From a virus (Duplodnaviria; Caudoviricetes), in IMG/VR virus record IMGVR_UViG_3300032239_001406, positions 1-45,458 of that record: a stretch of 45,458 nt of DNA, one strand, 5' to 3'. The notes below the pieces were generated by a model that saw only the letters and a list, made by a program, of their open reading frames with translations, was not told the origin of the DNA and did no database searches. A program made the position numbers and the translations under genes. This document shows positions 7,807-18,523 of this stretch, one piece after another; the first letter of the stretch is position 1, and each line of letters opens with the position of its first letter.

Positions 7807-8580
7807 ATGCTACAAGCCGAACAAATACAACAAAACTGGGACACGTTCCTAGAAATAATAAACGACCATATCACTGGCGAACGCAAGGATAAGTTGTTAA
7901 ATTTTTACAAGCAATACGAAGATAGATTCGTGTTGCTTCCTGCTTCTCATAAAAAAGCTTATCACAATTGTTTTCCGGGTGGTTATGTTGATCACGTAAT
8001 TAGAGTAGTTGAATGTGCTCTTAAAGTAGACCAAGTTTGGAGAGAAATGGGTATGATGAATACTTACACAACTGAAGAGTTAGTATTTTCTGCTATTAAC
8101 CATGACTTAGGTAAATTTGGTACTTTAGACCAACCATCAGTTTTTGATAATGACAACGATTGGGAAATTAAAAACAGAGGTGAACTATATAAGTTCAATA
8201 CCAATATTACTTATATGTCTGTTCCAGATAGAAGTTTACACTTATTATTTTCAATTGGTGTTACAATGAGTGAAAACGAATACATTGCTATTAAAACACA
8301 TGATGGAATGTATGACGATGCAAACAAATCTTACTTACTATCTTACATGCCTGAGACTAAACCACGCTCATCTTTACTTTATGTTTTACATCAAGCAGAT
8401 ATGATGGCTGCTCGCATTGAGTATGAAGTAGAATGGTTACCTAAATTAGTAAAAGGTAATACAAGTAAGCCTCCTAAGAAAGAATTTGTCTTAAATAAAT
8501 CAGGACAATCAGCCCAAAAACAAAAAGCAATGAAATCAATGGGTAACGACAATTTAGCAAACATACTAAAAAATATATAA
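7807..8580 (+). CDS. HD-domain metal-dependent phosphohydrolase (YhaM-like); start revised to ATG 7807
   Basis: PAS..YHNCFPGGYVDHVIRV, AINHDLGK, IKTHDG, LHQAD. Confidence 0.85.
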   Translation: MLQAEQIQQNWDTFLEIINDHITGERKDKLLNFYKQYEDRFVLLPASHKKAYHNCFPGGYVDHVIRVVECALKVDQVWREMGMMNTYTTEELVFSAINHDLGKFGTLDQPSVFDNDNDWEIKNRGELYKFNTNITYMSVPDRSLHLLFSIGVTMSENEYIAIKTHDGMYDDANKSYLLSYMPETKPRSSLLYVLHQADMMAARIEYEVEWLPKLVKGNTSKPPKKEFVLNKSGQSAQKQKAMKSMGNDNLANILKNI

Positions 8581-8581
8581 T

Positions 8582-8857
8582 ATGACATGGGGAATAATAG
8601 CTATCGTACTTTGGATAGCATCAATAGTAGCATATATTATCTACAATTTACTAACTAAAAATGAAAAGTTAGAACGAATGATTGAAGAAAGAGATATCTA
8701 TATTAACAATTTAGACGCCGTAATAGAAGATATTACTAAACGTCTTCAAGAAGTTGATAATAAAGGTACATTTGCCAGCGATGATGAAGTTGGATTTTTC
8801 TTTAATAGTTTAAAACAAATGTCTGAAACACTAAACGTGTATAAAATTAGAAAATAA
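8582..8857 (+). CDS. Single-pass membrane protein with coiled coil
   Basis: N-terminal transmembrane segment WGIIAIVLWIASIVAYIIY, then a heptad-like segment and FASDDEVGFFF. Confidence 0.75.
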   Translation: MTWGIIAIVLWIASIVAYIIYNLLTKNEKLERMIEERDIYINNLDAVIEDITKRLQEVDNKGTFASDDEVGFFFNSLKQMSETLNVYKIRK

Positions 8858-8859
8858 GA

Positions 8860-9630
8860 ATGGCAAAAAATCCACTAGACGATTTATTAAAAGATGAAAC
8901 CGTTGCTCTTACCAAACGAGGTACTGTGCGTAAACGTAAACCAAAAGAATCAATTCAGTATTTTACAAGTGATACTGAAGAAGCAATTTTAGAATATTTA
9001 AGAACTAAAAATTCTGCAAAACGAAATAAGATATTTAATGAAAGAATTAATTACGCGTTTCATAAGTTGGCTGAAAATATCATCCATACTTTTAAGTTTT
9101 ATTATACGGAAGTAAATACTATTGATGAATTAAAACACGAAGTAGTAGCATTTTTACTTGAAAAATTACACTTATATAAGCAAGAAAAGGGTAAAGCATA
9201 CTCGTATTTTGGTACAATTGCTAAGCGTTATCTAATTTTATATAATAACGCTAACTATAAGAAGTTAAAGGAAAAAGCTGATGTGGAAGCCGTAGACGAA
9301 GATAAAACAATATTCATTGATTTAGTTAATGAGGAACATAATAATATGCCGTTAAATAAATTTATAGATTTATTTGTAGGCCATATAGATAAAAATTTAT
9401 ACAAATATTTTCCTAAAGATGAAGACGCAAAAACCGCAGATGCTGTAGTTGAATTATTTAGACGTCGCGAAAGTTTAGATATTTTTAATAAAAAAGGTAT
9501 ATACATTTATATTAGAGAAATAACAGACCAACCAACACCACAGATTACTAAGATAATTAAAAAGTTAAAAACTATATATAAAGAGTTGCTTTCTCAATAT
9601 CTTGAACATGATAGGTTACTTACTAACTAA
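8860..9630 (+). CDS. Phage sigma factor (T4 gp55-like late sigma)
   Basis: YFTSDTEEAILEY, FHKLAENII, DELKHEVVAFLLEKLHLYKQEKGKAYSYFGTIAKRYLI resembles sigma region 2; sits at the head of the structural module. Confidence 0.7.
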   Translation: MAKNPLDDLLKDETVALTKRGTVRKRKPKESIQYFTSDTEEAILEYLRTKNSAKRNKIFNERINYAFHKLAENIIHTFKFYYTEVNTIDELKHEVVAFLLEKLHLYKQEKGKAYSYFGTIAKRYLILYNNANYKKLKEKADVEAVDEDKTIFIDLVNEEHNNMPLNKFIDLFVGHIDKNLYKYFPKDEDAKTADAVVELFRRRESLDIFNKKGIYIYIREITDQPTPQITKIIKKLKTIYKELLSQYLEHDRLLTN

Positions 9631-9645
9631 AAGTTTATTAAGACA

Positions 9646-9653
9646 ATATTTAT
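9646..9653 (+). promoter_or_regulatory. Putative late promoter ATATTTAT
   Basis: Intergenic, at the start of the baseplate module. Confidence 0.7.
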
Positions 9654-9665
9654 TGTCAAAACGTC

Positions 9666-10040
9666 ATGGATTTTAATCAAGTAACATTATTCGGGAATAA
9701 AACATTCGCCGACTTACTTAAGGAAATATACACTAACTCCAAGGATAAGGAAAAACAAATTTCTGCTCTAATTCAGGGTTTGAAACCATTAATCGAAACT
9801 CCGGGTGATGCTACGCTTATTGTTCCCCTTATTAAGGAATATATGGAAATAGCCGTTAAAAACGACGAAGCATTAATCAAAATGGCTGGTATTGTTCAAC
9901 GCGCCATGATGAATGCTGGTGCTAATGAGGATTTATTATTAAGTGATTCAGATAAAGAATTATTATTTAAAAGTTTAGATGATTTAGGTTCAAATGTTAA
10001 ACAAACTGAAATAAAAGAAACAGATGTCGTTAAGTCCTAA
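9666..10040 (+). CDS. Helical phage protein of unknown function
   Basis: 124-aa ORF, LIVPLIKEYMEIAVKNDEALIKMAGIVQR. Confidence 0.75.
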   Translation: MDFNQVTLFGNKTFADLLKEIYTNSKDKEKQISALIQGLKPLIETPGDATLIVPLIKEYMEIAVKNDEALIKMAGIVQRAMMNAGANEDLLLSDSDKELLFKSLDDLGSNVKQTEIKETDVVKS

Positions 10041-12021
10041 TTTTGGTGGTGACATAGCAAGCTCTAATAAGAGTGGGGGTGGTGGATCAGCCGCCCAATT
10101 CTTCCCGGCAAGGGTAAAGGAAATTATATTGCAACCAAGTACAGACCCAAATTCATTATTTGCTCTAAATTCAGGATATACTTCAATAGCATATATTTCA
10201 TTCCATCCCCTTAAATCAGTAGTTGATACTCCTAATAAGGCAAATTTAGTTGCTGCTCCATTAGATATTAATATTAGACGTTTACCATTACTTAATGAGG
10301 TAGTATTAATTTTATCTACTACAGATGTAATGAACGAAAATCAACTCGCTCAAAAATATTATTATATTAGTGGTGTTAGTATTTGGAATAGTGTTCACCA
10401 TAATGGTTTTCCTGATTTACAATATTTAGGAGCTACTCAATCTCCAAATAGTCAAGTTGGTTATCAAAGTACCCAAGATGGTATTGTTAAAAAACCAAAT
10501 GATCCTCCTAAAGATTTATTTTTAGGTAATACATTTATAGAAAATCCTGAAATTAGAAACTTATTTCCTGTAGAAGGAGATGTTATAGTAGAAGGACGTT
10601 TTGGTAATTCAATGCGTTTATCACATACTTCAAGATTCCCATCTCAATCGGTTACAAGTCCTTGGAGTAATCATGGTTCAAATACTAAACCTATTACTAT
10701 TATACGTAATGGTCAAACAAAAGATGTTCCCGCTGTAAAGTGGACTCCAATATTTGAAAGTATAGATGGTGATGCTTCATCTATTTACTTAACTAATGGA
10801 CAAGAGATTCAAATGACTCTTGCCTCAAAAAATTTAGCATCATATGGTACTGTCATAACTTCATCTACTTCAATAGTACAAATACCAAACGTAGTAGTAC
10901 AACCCCAAAATAGAGCACTAATTACATCTGATAATAGTGAATTAGAATTAGCAACCTCACAATCGTTATCTAATCCACCACTTAATATAATTAAACCACC
11001 ATTATCCGCTTCTGTAAGTGCAAGCGCGGGTGTAAATAATTCAAGTATAACTAATAATTCACCAACAGCAAGTGCTAATTCAACTGCAGAAAAAACACCT
11101 TCTTCAGGCCCAGGTTCTTCTAAATATCAAGCAATTCCTGAATCTAAAGTAGGACCGTTAACTTGGTTAGGTGAAGAAATTTTACCATTAGCATATAATT
11201 CAGAATATATTGAAGAAGATGAATCTCAATTTTGGGATAAAAATCCTACACCTATTACAATTCCATCAGCTGTTACTAAAATATTAGCAACGGCTGTAAC
11301 TGATAATAGTAATAGTGGTAATGCCTCTGGTGGTGGTGGAAGTACTACACTTACTCCTGCTCAAATTGAAGCAGCTAAAGCAGCTGCTGCTAAATCTGGT
11401 TTAGATGTAATACCAGGTACTTGGACAACAAATAAAGGTATTCCAATAACATTAATATATTTAGGTAGTCAATGTTTAGAAATTGAAGCAGCTAAATCCT
11501 TTACAGTAATGGCTGCCGCAGCTTCATTAGATGGAGTTAATATACAATTAAATAGTGGATATAGACCTCCATTAAAAGATGTAATAGGAAAAACATCTAA
11601 AGGTAAATCTGTCAACTTTACTTCTCAATATTCACTAAGAACTGCTGATAGATGGACTGGTAAATGTGGAGCGTTTACCGAAGAACAAAGAATGAAAGCA
11701 GGAGCTAGTTGTTTTCATCCTGCCACTGCACCACCAAATGTTTCAAGACATGGAGATGGTATCGCAGCTGATATTAATACAGGAGGATTTGCAGATGTAA
11801 ACCCTTCTACATCAGCTTTAACTAATATATATCCTTGGATGGCATTAAATGGATGGAAATACGGATTTATTAGAGCAGTAAAATCAGAAACATGGCATTT
11901 TGAATATCACCCAGACAAAGCAAAACAAGGACCATATGCTATAGTAGGTAAAGATACAAACTATAACAGAACAATGGCTTTTAAAGGAAAAACAATTAAT
12001 TTAGCAGATATAACAGTATAA
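10024..12021 (+). CDS. Baseplate hub/puncturing protein (gp5-like N-terminus) with Ser/Thr/Pro linker and C-terminal M15 (VanY-like) peptidoglycan peptidase
   Basis: PLLNEVVLI, EGDVIVEGRFGNSMRL; C-terminal AAASLDGVNIQLNSGYR, SRHGDGIAAD, WMALNGWKYGF, ETWHFEY zinc peptidase motifs. Confidence 0.75.
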   Translation: MSLSPNFGGDIASSNKSGGGGSAAQFFPARVKEIILQPSTDPNSLFALNSGYTSIAYISFHPLKSVVDTPNKANLVAAPLDINIRRLPLLNEVVLILSTTDVMNENQLAQKYYYISGVSIWNSVHHNGFPDLQYLGATQSPNSQVGYQSTQDGIVKKPNDPPKDLFLGNTFIENPEIRNLFPVEGDVIVEGRFGNSMRLSHTSRFPSQSVTSPWSNHGSNTKPITIIRNGQTKDVPAVKWTPIFESIDGDASSIYLTNGQEIQMTLASKNLASYGTVITSSTSIVQIPNVVVQPQNRALITSDNSELELATSQSLSNPPLNIIKPPLSASVSASAGVNNSSITNNSPTASANSTAEKTPSSGPGSSKYQAIPESKVGPLTWLGEEILPLAYNSEYIEEDESQFWDKNPTPITIPSAVTKILATAVTDNSNSGNASGGGGSTTLTPAQIEAAKAAAAKSGLDVIPGTWTTNKGIPITLIYLGSQCLEIEAAKSFTVMAAAASLDGVNIQLNSGYRPPLKDVIGKTSKGKSVNFTSQYSLRTADRWTGKCGAFTEEQRMKAGASCFHPATAPPNVSRHGDGIAADINTGGFADVNPSTSALTNIYPWMALNGWKYGFIRAVKSETWHFEYHPDKAKQGPYAIVGKDTNYNRTMAFKGKTINLADITV

Positions 12022-12022
12022 T

Positions 12023-12445
12023 ATGGCAACATACCAACCAGATTTTCCTTATACCGGTGACCAGATAATAGTAACATCGGGTAGAGTATTATTTAATGCT
12101 AAGGATGACTCTGTATTTTTATTTGCTAATAAATCAATAGGATTTTCATCAGCAGGAACTATTAATTTTGATAGTGATGATTCATGTATAATTAATTCAC
12201 CTAAAATTTATTTAGGTTTAAATGCAACAGAACCATTAGTTAAAGGATTTAGATTACAAGCATACTTGCAAGATTTAAATTCAAGTTTATCTCAAATAGG
12301 TATGGCTTTATCTAAAGTAGCAGGTGTACCTGTAGGTTCTCCTATGATAACTGTTAATACAGCTGGCACCGATTTATATAAAACTATTCAAGATTTATCT
12401 ACAAGAACTCCTCAATTATTATCTAAAAACAACTTTACTTTATAA
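12023..12445 (+). CDS. Baseplate spike, gp5 C-terminal beta-helix-like protein
   Basis: Short beta-strand repeats QIIVTSGRVLFNAKDDSVFLFANKSIGFSSAGTINFDS...SPKIYLG...EPLVKG. Confidence 0.6.
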   Translation: MATYQPDFPYTGDQIIVTSGRVLFNAKDDSVFLFANKSIGFSSAGTINFDSDDSCIINSPKIYLGLNATEPLVKGFRLQAYLQDLNSSLSQIGMALSKVAGVPVGSPMITVNTAGTDLYKTIQDLSTRTPQLLSKNNFTL

Positions 12446-12448
12446 TAT

Positions 12449-14518
12449 ATGGCAATAATTGGAGCAAGTGCATTACAAAACTTACAGAAGACAACACAAA
12501 AATCTTCTACGCCATCATCTAGTAAAAAAAGTAATAAAATTGTAACAACTAAAGGTACAGTACTATCTGAAGCAACAGTAAAGGCCGCTGTTAATAAAAG
12601 AGATTTAGGTAAAATAGAAATAATCCCTTTTGACAAACCAGATATATCAAAATTTCCGACAACAATTCCACCAAGAGTATCTGCAATTCCTTCTCCTATT
12701 AATATTCCTACACTTGCTAAAGGTAATTTTAGTTCATTTTTACAATATGCTGCTAATAAATCTATATCGGTAGGTAAAGATTGTGAAATAACTGTACAAA
12801 AAGGAATTACAAAGGCTGATGCTGTTTCTCAAATTGATTTGTGTAATTTAGTATCATACTTTTTAACCCAAGCACTACCCTCAGGCTCTAACCAGTTAAC
12901 ACAGTTTAATACATTAAAAAAGAATGCTCAAGATATTCTTAATAAAATCCAAGAAACTGAAGAGCAAGTCCTTCATTTTCCTATAAAACAAAATTCAATT
13001 GCTTCACCAGCCGGTATTCCTAATACTTCTGGTTCTAGTAATACCTCAACCCCAGGTAATCCTCAACCTACTAATATTTCTAATACTAATTCTAACTATG
13101 GAGGTAGTGGTACATTTTTTACTCCTTCCAAAACTCAATTAGGAGTAAGTAGTACATCTGGTAATAATGGCACCTCAGCAGGAAATGGTCTTACAGTAGA
13201 CCAATCACTTCAATCAATTAGAAAAGTAAAAGATTTAGTTAATAATTTACATATTCCTGAATCTGTTTTAAAAATTTTACCTGGAGGAGCAAAATTAGTT
13301 GAATCATTAAAACGAATAAACCAAAATGTTCCTGATAATATTAGTAATTTTCCTCAACAGGATATTAGAAAAATATTTCAAACATTTAGTGATTTAAAAG
13401 ATATATTAAATGGAATAGCTAACGCAGAAAATCCAGCAGATTTACTCAAAGTAATTAGTGCTAATAATGCTATTTCTAAAATACAGGATATACTTAATCC
13501 TAAAAATTTAATTCCAACATTAAATTCTATATTAGTAACAGTAACATCACTAAATAAAACGTTATCTACATTAAATTCATATATAAGTAAATTAGCCTCT
13601 ATAGCAAACAGTTTAAATACTATTGTACAAGTATTTAAAACTTTAGCCAAATATATTCGTAAATTACCTATTCCAAACATGTGGACTACAGCAGGTCTTA
13701 CTTCTACTTTAAGTAATATAGCTGAAGTTATAGATAAAAAAGCAGATCAAGCTGCAAGTAATATTGAACAAACAACTTCTTTTTTAAATGCCTTAACTAG
13801 AGCATTATCTGGAGTAATTGCTCGTGTTAATGTATTGATTGAATTATTAACTTATATTTTAGGTAATTTACAAAAATGTGATAAAACAAAAAATCTTCCT
13901 ATTACTCAAAAATTAAAAGAAGCAACACTTTTACTTCAAAATAACTTTACTCAATTACAAACTTTATTACCTAAAAAACCAACAACAAGTAAAACTATTA
14001 CGTATAAAGGATACAATTTAACTATAGTAGAGGAAGAAGTAACAGATACCGGTATTGCTTTAAATAGAAGATATGGAATTGTTACTGATAAAAGAGGAGT
14101 ATTAATATTAAAATCAGAATTAACATATTCAACCAATACAGATTTAATATATAATGAACTTAAATTTTTAATTGATAAAAATGGTCTTAATGCTAATGTT
14201 AGTAATACAACATCAACAACAAGTGAAGCTGATGCTATAAATGCACAACTTGATATTCCAACAAATGCTGAACAAAATGCTGAATTAGCTCAAACTCAAT
14301 CTGATATTAATGAAGCTCTTAATCAGGTACAACCTATTAAGAACATGCAGCAAAAACAAACTAAACGAGATAAGCGTAGATTAAAACGTTTAAAACGTAT
14401 TATTAAAAGATTAAAAGCTAATGGTTTAACTAAATCAGAAATTAGAAATTGGAAGGGAGTAAGAAATTATACAACTCAAGAATTTGAAAATGCTTGGAAC
14501 GAATTAAATCAAAACTAA
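12449..14518 (+). CDS. Putative virion structural protein with long amphipathic helices
   Basis: 689 aa within the baseplate module; helical core, S/T/N/G linker, very basic C-terminus. Confidence 0.6.
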   Translation: MAIIGASALQNLQKTTQKSSTPSSSKKSNKIVTTKGTVLSEATVKAAVNKRDLGKIEIIPFDKPDISKFPTTIPPRVSAIPSPINIPTLAKGNFSSFLQYAANKSISVGKDCEITVQKGITKADAVSQIDLCNLVSYFLTQALPSGSNQLTQFNTLKKNAQDILNKIQETEEQVLHFPIKQNSIASPAGIPNTSGSSNTSTPGNPQPTNISNTNSNYGGSGTFFTPSKTQLGVSSTSGNNGTSAGNGLTVDQSLQSIRKVKDLVNNLHIPESVLKILPGGAKLVESLKRINQNVPDNISNFPQQDIRKIFQTFSDLKDILNGIANAENPADLLKVISANNAISKIQDILNPKNLIPTLNSILVTVTSLNKTLSTLNSYISKLASIANSLNTIVQVFKTLAKYIRKLPIPNMWTTAGLTSTLSNIAEVIDKKADQAASNIEQTTSFLNALTRALSGVIARVNVLIELLTYILGNLQKCDKTKNLPITQKLKEATLLLQNNFTQLQTLLPKKPTTSKTITYKGYNLTIVEEEVTDTGIALNRRYGIVTDKRGVLILKSELTYSTNTDLIYNELKFLIDKNGLNANVSNTTSTTSEADAINAQLDIPTNAEQNAELAQTQSDINEALNQVQPIKNMQQKQTKRDKRRLKRLKRIIKRLKANGLTKSEIRNWKGVRNYTTQEFENAWNELNQN

Positions 14519-14540
14519 TAAACAAATTATATTTTTGTAA

Positions 14541-14548
14541 ATATTTAT
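14541..14548 (+). promoter_or_regulatory. Putative late promoter ATATTTAT
   Basis: Intergenic, 4 nt before ATG 14553. Confidence 0.65.
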
Positions 14549-14552
14549 ATAT

Positions 14553-15014
14553 ATGAACATCGCAACTTTTAGAAAATTAATACGAGAAGAGGTAGCTAAG
14601 GCACTCCGTGAGGAATTACCTACTATCCTTAACGAATCTATTAAAGCTCCCACAAAACAAGTGGCACCTAAACGTTCATCAATTTCAGATTTGATGGAAG
14701 GTCGCCCAGAAAAACATACTGATTTTCAAACAACCGGAAATCCAATGTTAGATCTATTAAATGAAACCCGTGTTCAGATGACTACTCAAAATGAAGAATG
14801 GCCATCTATGGGTAATTATGATTCAAGTGCCATTAATAGCTACCGAGCAGAAATGATGGGTGCTTTTGGTGGTGGTGGCGCTCCAACAGTACAATCAGTA
14901 GATCAAATGGTACAAACAGCAAGACCAGCATCCGATGTAACACAAGTTCAAATTAACGCAGTTCCCGATTTTAGTAAAATGATGGGTGCTTTAAAAGAAA
15001 AAGGTAAATTATAA
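14553..15014 (+). CDS. Hypothetical protein with KLIREE leader
   Basis: MNIATFRKLIREEVAKALREELPTILNES. Confidence 0.75.
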   Translation: MNIATFRKLIREEVAKALREELPTILNESIKAPTKQVAPKRSSISDLMEGRPEKHTDFQTTGNPMLDLLNETRVQMTTQNEEWPSMGNYDSSAINSYRAEMMGAFGGGGAPTVQSVDQMVQTARPASDVTQVQINAVPDFSKMMGALKEKGKL

Positions 15015-15457
15015 TGGCCGGATATATATTTAGAAATAATTTAGATGGTAATAAAAGACCAAGTACGGGGGTAGGTATTTCTCTACCTTTTGATGGTTAT
15101 ACTGGAATTAATTCTACATACTCAACTCAAGCGGCTACAAAATCTAATCTTTTAAATTTTTTATTAACTGATAATAGAGAACGTATTTTTAATCCTAACT
15201 TTGGTTCAGGAATTAGAAGTTTAATATTTGAACAAATAACAACTTCAACAGCAGGTAGTTTAGAAACTATGGTTGTTCAAGAAATTAAAACTTATTTTCC
15301 TAATATTATCATTGATAAATTTAATGTTACCCCTATTGAAGATTTAAATACATTGCAAATATATTTTAGATATTCGATAGCGTTAACTAATATACAAGAT
15401 GAAATACAAGTAACATTTCAAAATAATACATTAACTTCTCCAAATGCCATCCAGTAA
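15014..15457 (+). CDS. Baseplate wedge subunit, gp25/GPW-like
   Basis: KSNLLNFLLTDNRERIFNPNFGSGIRSLIFE...IKTYFPNI. Confidence 0.85.
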   Translation: MAGYIFRNNLDGNKRPSTGVGISLPFDGYTGINSTYSTQAATKSNLLNFLLTDNRERIFNPNFGSGIRSLIFEQITTSTAGSLETMVVQEIKTYFPNIIIDKFNVTPIEDLNTLQIYFRYSIALTNIQDEIQVTFQNNTLTSPNAIQ

Positions 15458-17318
15458 GAAAATATCATATATAAATAAAGATTTTGATACCTTTAAGCAA
15501 CAATTAATAACATTTGCTAGGACTTATTATCCTGAATCTTATAATGACTTTACAGAAGCATCACCTGGTATGATGTTTATTGAACAAGCCTCTTACGTAG
15601 GTGATGTTTTATCTTTTTATGCTGATAACCAAATGCAGGAAAACTTTGTTCAATTTGCAAAACAAAGAAAAAGTTTACTTGCTGCTGCTTATAGAGGAGG
15701 TTATGCCCCTAAAGTTACTGCTGCATCAAGTGTAGTAGTAGATGTATATCAAATTTTACCTTCAACAATTATATTTGGACAAACTGTTCCTGATTGGAAT
15801 TATGCCTTAATTATTGAACAAGGGGCTCAATTAGCTTATGTAGGTGATCCTTCAATTAAATTTTACATTAAAAATAAAATTGATTTTACTCAATCAGGAT
15901 CTTCAAACCCAACTGAATTATCTGTTCGTTCATTAAATCAATTAAACCAACCAGATTATTATCTTGTTAAAAAACAAGCAATAGCTGTAGCGGGTGAATT
16001 AAAGTCAGTTGATTTTAGTTTTGGTGCTTCCGTTAAATTTCCAACTGTACAAATAGCAGATCAAAGAATTATAGGTATTGTTAATGCTGTAGATAGTGAT
16101 GGACATAAATGGTATGAAGTACCTTATTTAGCACAAGAAACAATTTTTGCACCTGTAGAAAATACAATATTAAACGATCCAAATTTATATCAATATAGAA
16201 ATCAAGTTCCTTATTTATTAAAATTACAAAAAGTTCCAAGACGTTTTGTAGGTAGATATTTAACTAATAATACTTTACAATTACAATTTGGTGCTGGTAT
16301 TTCAAATGCTGCTGATGAATTTATTACTCCAAACCCAGAAAATGTGGGCATAGGTTTACCTTATGGAGTAGATAGAATGACTACAGCTTATGACCCATCA
16401 AACTTTATGTACACTAAAACATATGGTGTTGCTCCTACTAATACTACATTAACTGTTACTTATTTAGCAGGAGGTGGGGTTGCATCAAACGTACCTTCAA
16501 ATACTTTAGGTACATTTGTTTCTGGTACTGTTTCATTTTATGGAACTAATTTAAACCCAACAATTTCCTCAACGGTTAATCAATCATTAGTTTTTAATAA
16601 TGAAGTAGCAGCTACAGGTGGTGGAGATGGAGATACAGATGATGATTTAAGATTAAATACTTTAGCATCGTATCCAACTCAATTACGTACTGTAACTAAA
16701 GATGATTATTTAATTAGAGCACTTTCTTTGGATCCTGAATATGGTATTGTATCAAAAGCTTATATTACTCAAGATAAAGCAGTTACTCAAGATACTTATG
16801 CACCATTACAAAACAATCCATTTGCTTTAAATTTATATATTCTATCAAGAAATAATATAAATAAACTTGAACCACCAACCCCAGCATTAAAAGCAAATTT
16901 AAAAACATTTTTAGGCGAATATAGAATGTTAACAGATGCTATCAATATTCTTGATGCCTTTATTATTAACATTGGTATAGATTTTGATATCATTGTTAGA
17001 CCGAATTATAATAATAAAGCAGTATTGAATAGTTGTTTAGTAGAATTAAATAGATATTTCGATATAAACAATTGGCAAATAAATCAACCAATTATTCTTG
17101 CAAACGTTTATACTTTACTTGATACTATAGAAGGTGTTCAAACTGTACAAAAAGTTAATTTTTATAACTTAGTTGGTGAAACAACCGGTTATTCAAAATA
17201 CGCGTACGACATAAAAGCCGCTACGATTAATGGAATTATTTATCCTTCATTAGATCCAAGCATCTTTGAAGTTAAATACCCAACAACAGATATTGCTGGT
17301 AGAGTAGTAAACTTCTAA
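15444..17318 (+). CDS. Baseplate wedge protein, T4 gp6/Baseplate J-like
   Basis: KDFDTFKQQL, YNDFTEASPGMMFIE, SYVGDVLSFYAD, LQFGAG, GGGDGDTDDDLR, RTVTKDDY. Confidence 0.85.
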   Translation: MPSSKKISYINKDFDTFKQQLITFARTYYPESYNDFTEASPGMMFIEQASYVGDVLSFYADNQMQENFVQFAKQRKSLLAAAYRGGYAPKVTAASSVVVDVYQILPSTIIFGQTVPDWNYALIIEQGAQLAYVGDPSIKFYIKNKIDFTQSGSSNPTELSVRSLNQLNQPDYYLVKKQAIAVAGELKSVDFSFGASVKFPTVQIADQRIIGIVNAVDSDGHKWYEVPYLAQETIFAPVENTILNDPNLYQYRNQVPYLLKLQKVPRRFVGRYLTNNTLQLQFGAGISNAADEFITPNPENVGIGLPYGVDRMTTAYDPSNFMYTKTYGVAPTNTTLTVTYLAGGGVASNVPSNTLGTFVSGTVSFYGTNLNPTISSTVNQSLVFNNEVAATGGGDGDTDDDLRLNTLASYPTQLRTVTKDDYLIRALSLDPEYGIVSKAYITQDKAVTQDTYAPLQNNPFALNLYILSRNNINKLEPPTPALKANLKTFLGEYRMLTDAINILDAFIINIGIDFDIIVRPNYNNKAVLNSCLVELNRYFDINNWQINQPIILANVYTLLDTIEGVQTVQKVNFYNLVGETTGYSKYAYDIKAATINGIIYPSLDPSIFEVKYPTTDIAGRVVNF

Positions 17319-17334
17319 AAAGTAACAAGTAAGT

Positions 17335-17342
17335 ATATTTAT
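17335..17342 (+). promoter_or_regulatory. Putative late promoter ATATTTAT
   Basis: Intergenic, upstream of 17360. Confidence 0.7.
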
Positions 17343-17359
17343 ATAGGATTAATATACTT

Positions 17360-18523
17360 ATGGCAGTTTTTAAAATATTCTCCGAAAAAGACGCATTTAT
17401 TTGGTCTGAACAGTTAACCCAAAACATGGGCCGTGATGAAATTCTAGAAATTTCAACATACAATGACCCAGACATTGTTAATTCTAATCTATCTTTTATT
17501 CCCTCTGTAACAAGAGCATTGATTAAATTTCCCCAAAGTCAAATAGATCCTTTACTTGATACTATTATTAGTCAAAGTATTACTCGCAATCAAGATTGGA
17601 ATGTTTATTTACAATTGTATTTAGCTAATGCTTCTAATTTACCACAAACATATATATTATTATGTAATGCTGTTTCTCAATCTTGGGAAATGGGTACTGG
17701 TAGATTAGCAGATAGACCAAGAACAACGGATGGAGTATCTTGGACATATAGATTATCCTCCGCTTCAAATGCCGCTTGGCAGACTTCAAGTTTTCAAACT
17801 AATGTAACTTCATCAGATAACGGAATACCAGGACAAAGAGGTGGTGGTAATTGGTTTATTAATCCAGTATCAGTAAGAGGTTTTAATTATATTTCTAATA
17901 AAGATATCACTTTTCCAGTTAAACCAATAGTAGAAAGATGGCATAGTCATAGTTTACATCCGGGTGTTTATCCAGAAGCTTTTGGTAATGAAGGATTTAT
18001 TATTAGATATACAGGAAGTCAAGAATTTAATACTGCAAGTATCCAACAATTAAGTTATTTTTCAATGGATACTCATACTATATATCCTCCTTCATTAACT
18101 TTTAAGTGGGATGATCATGTATTTGATTCTGGTTCTAGCCCTACTATTAGTAATAACCAATTTATTACTACAATAGGTAATATAATGCCAGAAATTCCAT
18201 CACGTGATGTATATAGATTCAATGTTTACTCAAGAGATCAATATCCTCCTAGGTCATTTCAAACCCAGTCCGTATATTTAAATACAAAATTACTTCCTAC
18301 AGCAAGTTGTTGGGCTTTGAAAGATGTAATTACTGGGGAAATGGTTGTTGATTTTGATCTACAATATACAAAATTAAGCTCAAATCCAACTTGTAATTAT
18401 TTTGATGTTTATATGAATGGTTTAGAACCTGAAAGATATTATCAAATATTAATTCAAACTACTATTGGAGACCAAACAATAACAGTCGATAACCCCGATT
18501 ATTATTTTAAATTAGTTAGATAA
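17360..18523 (+). CDS. Virion structural protein (beta-sandwich, DNRLRE-like)
   Basis: EKDAFIWSE..NMGRDEILEI, RALIKF, SQSWEMGTG, GVSW, YFSMDTHTIYPPSL. Confidence 0.6.
   Translation: MAVFKIFSEKDAFIWSEQLTQNMGRDEILEISTYNDPDIVNSNLSFIPSVTRALIKFPQSQIDPLLDTIISQSITRNQDWNVYLQLYLANASNLPQTYILLCNAVSQSWEMGTGRLADRPRTTDGVSWTYRLSSASNAAWQTSSFQTNVTSSDNGIPGQRGGGNWFINPVSVRGFNYISNKDITFPVKPIVERWHSHSLHPGVYPEAFGNEGFIIRYTGSQEFNTASIQQLSYFSMDTHTIYPPSLTFKWDDHVFDSGSSPTISNNQFITTIGNIMPEIPSRDVYRFNVYSRDQYPPRSFQTQSVYLNTKLLPTASCWALKDVITGEMVVDFDLQYTKLSSNPTCNYFDVYMNGLEPERYYQILIQTTIGDQTITVDNPDYYFKLVR

Noticed and set aside
11400-12021. vanY vancomycin resistance
   Set aside because: The M15 domain is fused to a baseplate protein, consistent with a virion-associated peptidoglycan hydrolase
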